DNA from: a virus
Virus record (IMG/VR): IMGVR_UViG_3300045988_111426
DNA: 64,000 nt
Reading direction: 5' to 3' (one strand)
The notes under the pieces were generated by a model. That model ran no database searches. It saw nothing but the letters and a program-made list of their open reading frames with translations, and was not told the origin of the DNA. This document shows, piece after piece, positions 61,684 to 64,000 of this stretch (position 1 is its first letter; each line of letters opens with the position of its first letter). The position numbers and the translations under genes were made by a program.

Positions 61684-61733
61684 CACATAATAACTATAAC
61701 AAAGATCGTGCCAGAGTTTCAAAGACATGACAG
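61684..61733 (-). promoter_or_regulatory. conserved promoter block copy A (extended -10 TGTTATAGT at 61693-61701)
   Basis: About 45 nt are nearly identical to 62541-62585. Confidence 0.45.
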
Positions 61734-61743
61734 ATTTGTCAGT

Positions 61744-61900
61744 TGTCATATATTCTGTCATGTCTTCTTTAACACTTTGTAACATCTTGTATTACCTCGT
61801 GTCATATACCATAACATTTTTTAACATCTCATGGCACAAATGTCATATGGCACATGTCATATTCTGTCATGTCATAGTTGTCATGTGTTATGTTTGTCAT
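61744..61900. repeat. array of nine TGTCAT motifs
   Basis: TGTCAT at 61744, 61756, 61800, 61841, 61855, 61865, 61870, 61879 and 61895. Confidence 0.8.
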
Positions 61901-61914
61901 ATCTCGTGTTATAT

Positions 61915-61966
61915 GAAAACAAAAGCCCACCTCGGCATATGAGCGTCGAGGTGGGCTTTTGTTTTC
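61915..61966. terminator. perfect 20-bp bidirectional rho-independent terminator
   Basis: gaaaacaaaagcccacctcg / cgaggtgggcttttgttttc. Confidence 0.8.
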
Positions 61967-61981
61967 ATCTTCCTTCAGTTG

Positions 61982-62473
61982 TTATTCGAGATCGACAGCT
62001 TCGATTATCAACATCTCGTTGAGTTCACTTCTGCTTAGTGCGATTCCCTTGAGGTTGTTACTTGCTTCAAGGTAGATGCTGACTTCTTCATTTTCTGGCC
62101 AATATGACACGGAATAGTCAACAAAAGAGCCGTCAGCATAGGTCTCATTGATGACAGCAGAGTATTCTCTGACGTTGTTGAAGGATGGAGTGGTTTTCAC
62201 GAGTTCCACAAGCATCCCCTGCACAAGGTCGACGAGGTATTTGTGTGCTTCCTGCCAGTTGCTTACACCCTCAACATAGTGACCTTCGATATTCTCGAGG
62301 TACTCGTTTAAGGATTTCGGATTCTCGATTTCAAGGCGAGCTTCTGCCATATCGTAGTCACCGTAGAAGGTGTCCGATACTGCCTTGTCGTAGTCGTACT
62401 TGATGTTGTGATTAGCTGGTGTAACGCCTTCTTGTGAATTGAAGTAGTACGTGTTGTGACCTGTCATTTCCAT
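61982..62473 (-). CDS. hypothetical protein
   Basis: 163-aa ORF bracketed by promoter block B and the terminator at 61915-61966. Confidence 0.55.
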   Translation of the reverse strand: MEMTGHNTYYFNSQEGVTPANHNIKYDYDKAVSDTFYGDYDMAEARLEIENPKSLNEYLENIEGHYVEGVSNWQEAHKYLVDLVQGMLVELVKTTPSFNNVREYSAVINETYADGSFVDYSVSYWPENEEVSIYLEASNNLKGIALSRSELNEMLIIEAVDLE

Positions 62474-62540
62474 GAGTTCTGTTCTTTTGCTTTTACCTTT
62501 CGGTGGTGGATGATGATAACTGATTGATCAGAAGATCTTT

Positions 62541-62585
62541 CACGATAATTATAACAAAGATTATGCCAAGTTATCTTTGTCATGA
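62541..62585 (-). promoter_or_regulatory. conserved promoter block copy B (extended -10 TGTTATAAT at 62548-62556)
   Basis: Minus strand TTGGCATAATCTTTGTTATAATTATCGTG. Confidence 0.5.
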
Positions 62586-62641
62586 CAAGGTTGTTATATG
62601 CGCTGTCATACGTGTCATACTCATTCTGTCATCTTTGTCAT
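62578..62641. repeat. array of five TGTCAT motifs (the first is part of the palindrome TGTCATGACA)
   Basis: TGTCAT at 62578, 62604, 62613, 62627 and 62636. Confidence 0.8.
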
Positions 62642-62703
62642 ATACTGATTTACAGGAAGGTACTTTCCTTGGCTTCTCTTCCTTTTTCTAATATGAAAAC
62701 AGC

Positions 62704-62738
62704 GAGAGGTATCTCCGAGTTCAACGAAGATACCTCTC
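62704..62738 (-). terminator. 11-bp hairpin after 62773..63555
   Basis: gagaggtatct / agatacctctc with a 13-nt loop. Confidence 0.5.
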
Positions 62739-62772
62739 TGTGCTTTCGAAGGTATTTTTATATTTTTGATGT

Positions 62773-63555
62773 TTATGCGTTGTTTCTAAACGTTACGCCA
62801 CTATGTCTGTAAACCACAAGACCTTGATAGTTCTTTTCATCAACATAGACGAGTTCGACGAATTGTGGTTCATCAGATCTTTGTCCTTTGAATACAATCG
62901 ACACGTCCGTTGATTTCCCATTCATAAGTCGTATTGGTCTCAAGGGGTCAGATGAAGCTATCTGGCAAATATCCGATTCACCACATTGGAAAAGGTGCAT
63001 CGTGAAGTGCATACCCTTTTTCAGAGTTGCTGGGTTGATCAGAAGCTTCTTTTCCCCCGAAGATATCATCGAATTGTAATTCAGAAGAAGTACGGACTTT
63101 TTATTGTGAATGTCAGTACCACTATTCTGTGTGACATTCAGTACCTCGTATTGAGTGACCAGTGTTTGTTCAATATCAAAAGATGCCGAGGAGAATGATC
63201 TCGTCTTGAATGAATCACAAAACAGTCTATCAATATAAGATTCACCATCTGCAACGCTTGTAGTTCCCTTCCCTGCAACGAGCTTTGCAAATCTTGCATT
63301 ACCAAGATTGTCAATGCTGGCGATCTGTGAATTGCTCTTATCCAGTATAGAAAGTACGTCATCAATATCGGCATTGAGAACTACCTTCTTCAGTGACATT
63401 GTGCTATTCCCTGTGAGGTTAATTATACCTCGAGCAGTGTCGATGATAGAGTCATATGAGTTAAACTTTGATTCTATAATCGACAGGAAGTTGTTTATGA
63501 ACTGTGGAAGTTCTGATACGAATTCGCTTTTACTTAGTTTCTTAAAGCTATCCAT
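62773..63555 (-). CDS. hypothetical protein
   Basis: 260-aa ORF. Confidence 0.55.
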   Translation of the reverse strand: MDSFKKLSKSEFVSELPQFINNFLSIIESKFNSYDSIIDTARGIINLTGNSTMSLKKVVLNADIDDVLSILDKSNSQIASIDNLGNARFAKLVAGKGTTSVADGESYIDRLFCDSFKTRSFSSASFDIEQTLVTQYEVLNVTQNSGTDIHNKKSVLLLNYNSMISSGEKKLLINPATLKKGMHFTMHLFQCGESDICQIASSDPLRPIRLMNGKSTDVSIVFKGQRSDEPQFVELVYVDEKNYQGLVVYRHSGVTFRNNA

Positions 63556-63563
63556 CTTTTGAT

Positions 63564-63932
63564 TTATTCGTTTTTGTTGTTTATTTCTTTGTATGTGAAT
63601 CTACGACCAGCGAAAGCCCTTACTGCGATGTAGTAAATGTAAGAGAGAATGAAAAACCACATCTGAGAACCAACGCTTCTATCTCTGAAATAAGAGGTTG
63701 ATCTTCGCACCATTGATTGGAAAAGTTCGATATCGGCTTTCAATCTGTCTTCTCGAGTTCCTCCTATTTCGTAAAGCATATCGTGGACTTCACACTCTCC
63801 ACGGAAAAACTCGTGGTGTGGTGGCTTTAGGAACTTGAATATTCCTCCCATAGCACCACAACCATTCGTCTTTGTCTTGTCTATGTCTACCTCGTTAATC
63901 TTCTCCATCTCCATCTTCCCATTCTTCGTCAT
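63564..63932 (-). CDS. hypothetical protein with 'C..HD..Y' motif (DUF1353 / PLA2-like pattern, weak)
   Basis: 'ECEVHDMLYEIGGTREDRLKADIELF'. The track start at 63956 is TTG; the first ATG is at 63932. Confidence 0.3.
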   Translation of the reverse strand: MTKNGKMEMEKINEVDIDKTKTNGCGAMGGIFKFLKPPHHEFFRGECEVHDMLYEIGGTREDRLKADIELFQSMVRRSTSYFRDRSVGSQMWFFILSYIYYIAVRAFAGRRFTYKEINNKNE

Positions 63933-64000
63933 CAAGAGTGTATTTCGAAAGATCAATGTTCGCTTTCTTCTGCCAACACTTGTTCAAACAGGTTTTTATG

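Noticed and set aside
61693-61716. Sigma54 (-24/-12) reading of minus-strand TGGCACGATCTTTGT and TGGCATAATCTTTGT, with TGTCAT arrays as enhancer-binding sites.
   Set aside because: The near-invariant -12 GC is GT in both copies. The same bases give a perfect or near-perfect extended -10 (TGnTATAAT), which is the simpler explanation. No bEBP or RpoN homologue was seen. It is kept only as a secondary hypothesis.
1-64000. tRNA, tmRNA or rRNA genes in intergenic regions (22381-22576, 27580-27814, 37055-38481, 44000-44340, 48484-48856, 61627-61981, 62474-62772).
   Set aside because: No cloverleaf arrangement or T-loop (GTTCRANYC) consensus was found by eye. The hairpins present are simple stem-loops. 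A tRNAscan/Infernal run is still needed to be certain.

Overview
AT-rich fragment of a large tailed-phage genome with a distantly T4-like core, transcribed almost entirely on the minus strand. Plus-strand islands lie at 2227-2934, 17513-17983, 38482-40284 and 43569-43985. All family assignments are by-eye motif matches; no searches were run.

Recognisable modules:
- Virion: baseplate-like protein, portal, a 1141-aa tail sheath, tape measure.
- Packaging: TerL in pieces.
- Replication: gp32-like SSB, gp61-like primase, RNase H/FEN, family-B DNA polymerase.
- GroEL with two GroES-like proteins.
- Nucleotide metabolism: class II RNR, ThyA, DHFR fusions, MazG, PurB, a divergent PurA-family enzyme, a guanylate-kinase-like protein.
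- Also an HU-like protein, RtcB, and a sigma-region-4/MORN fusion.

Most interesting leads:
1. TerL ATPase ORF that opens with a Hint/intein domain placed exactly where the Walker-A loop should be, with no N-extein in the window. This is a candidate trans-splicing split intein. The nuclease domain sits in a separate ORF.
2. PolB split between motifs A and B, with the halves about 23 kb apart and in inverted transcriptional order.
3. Divergent PurA-family enzyme plus PurB, MazG and Gmk-like genes. This is a candidate 2-aminoadenine (Z-base) or related purine-modification pathway.
4. Three tandem DHFR-like::dUTPase-like fusion paralogues next to ThyA.
5. Eight tandem small acidic paralogues with an ArdA-type C-terminal motif.
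6. A 1.4-kb non-coding strand-switch region with at least 12 iterons, a (GTCTTT)6 tract, three repeat modules and a structured segment.
7. A dispersed inverted-repeat family that looks like terminator-promoter cassettes, a T4-late-like TAAATAA motif before virion genes, and TGTCAT arrays upstream of a duplicated extended -10 promoter block.

No tRNA, rRNA, CRISPR array or homing-endonuclease ORF was recognised.
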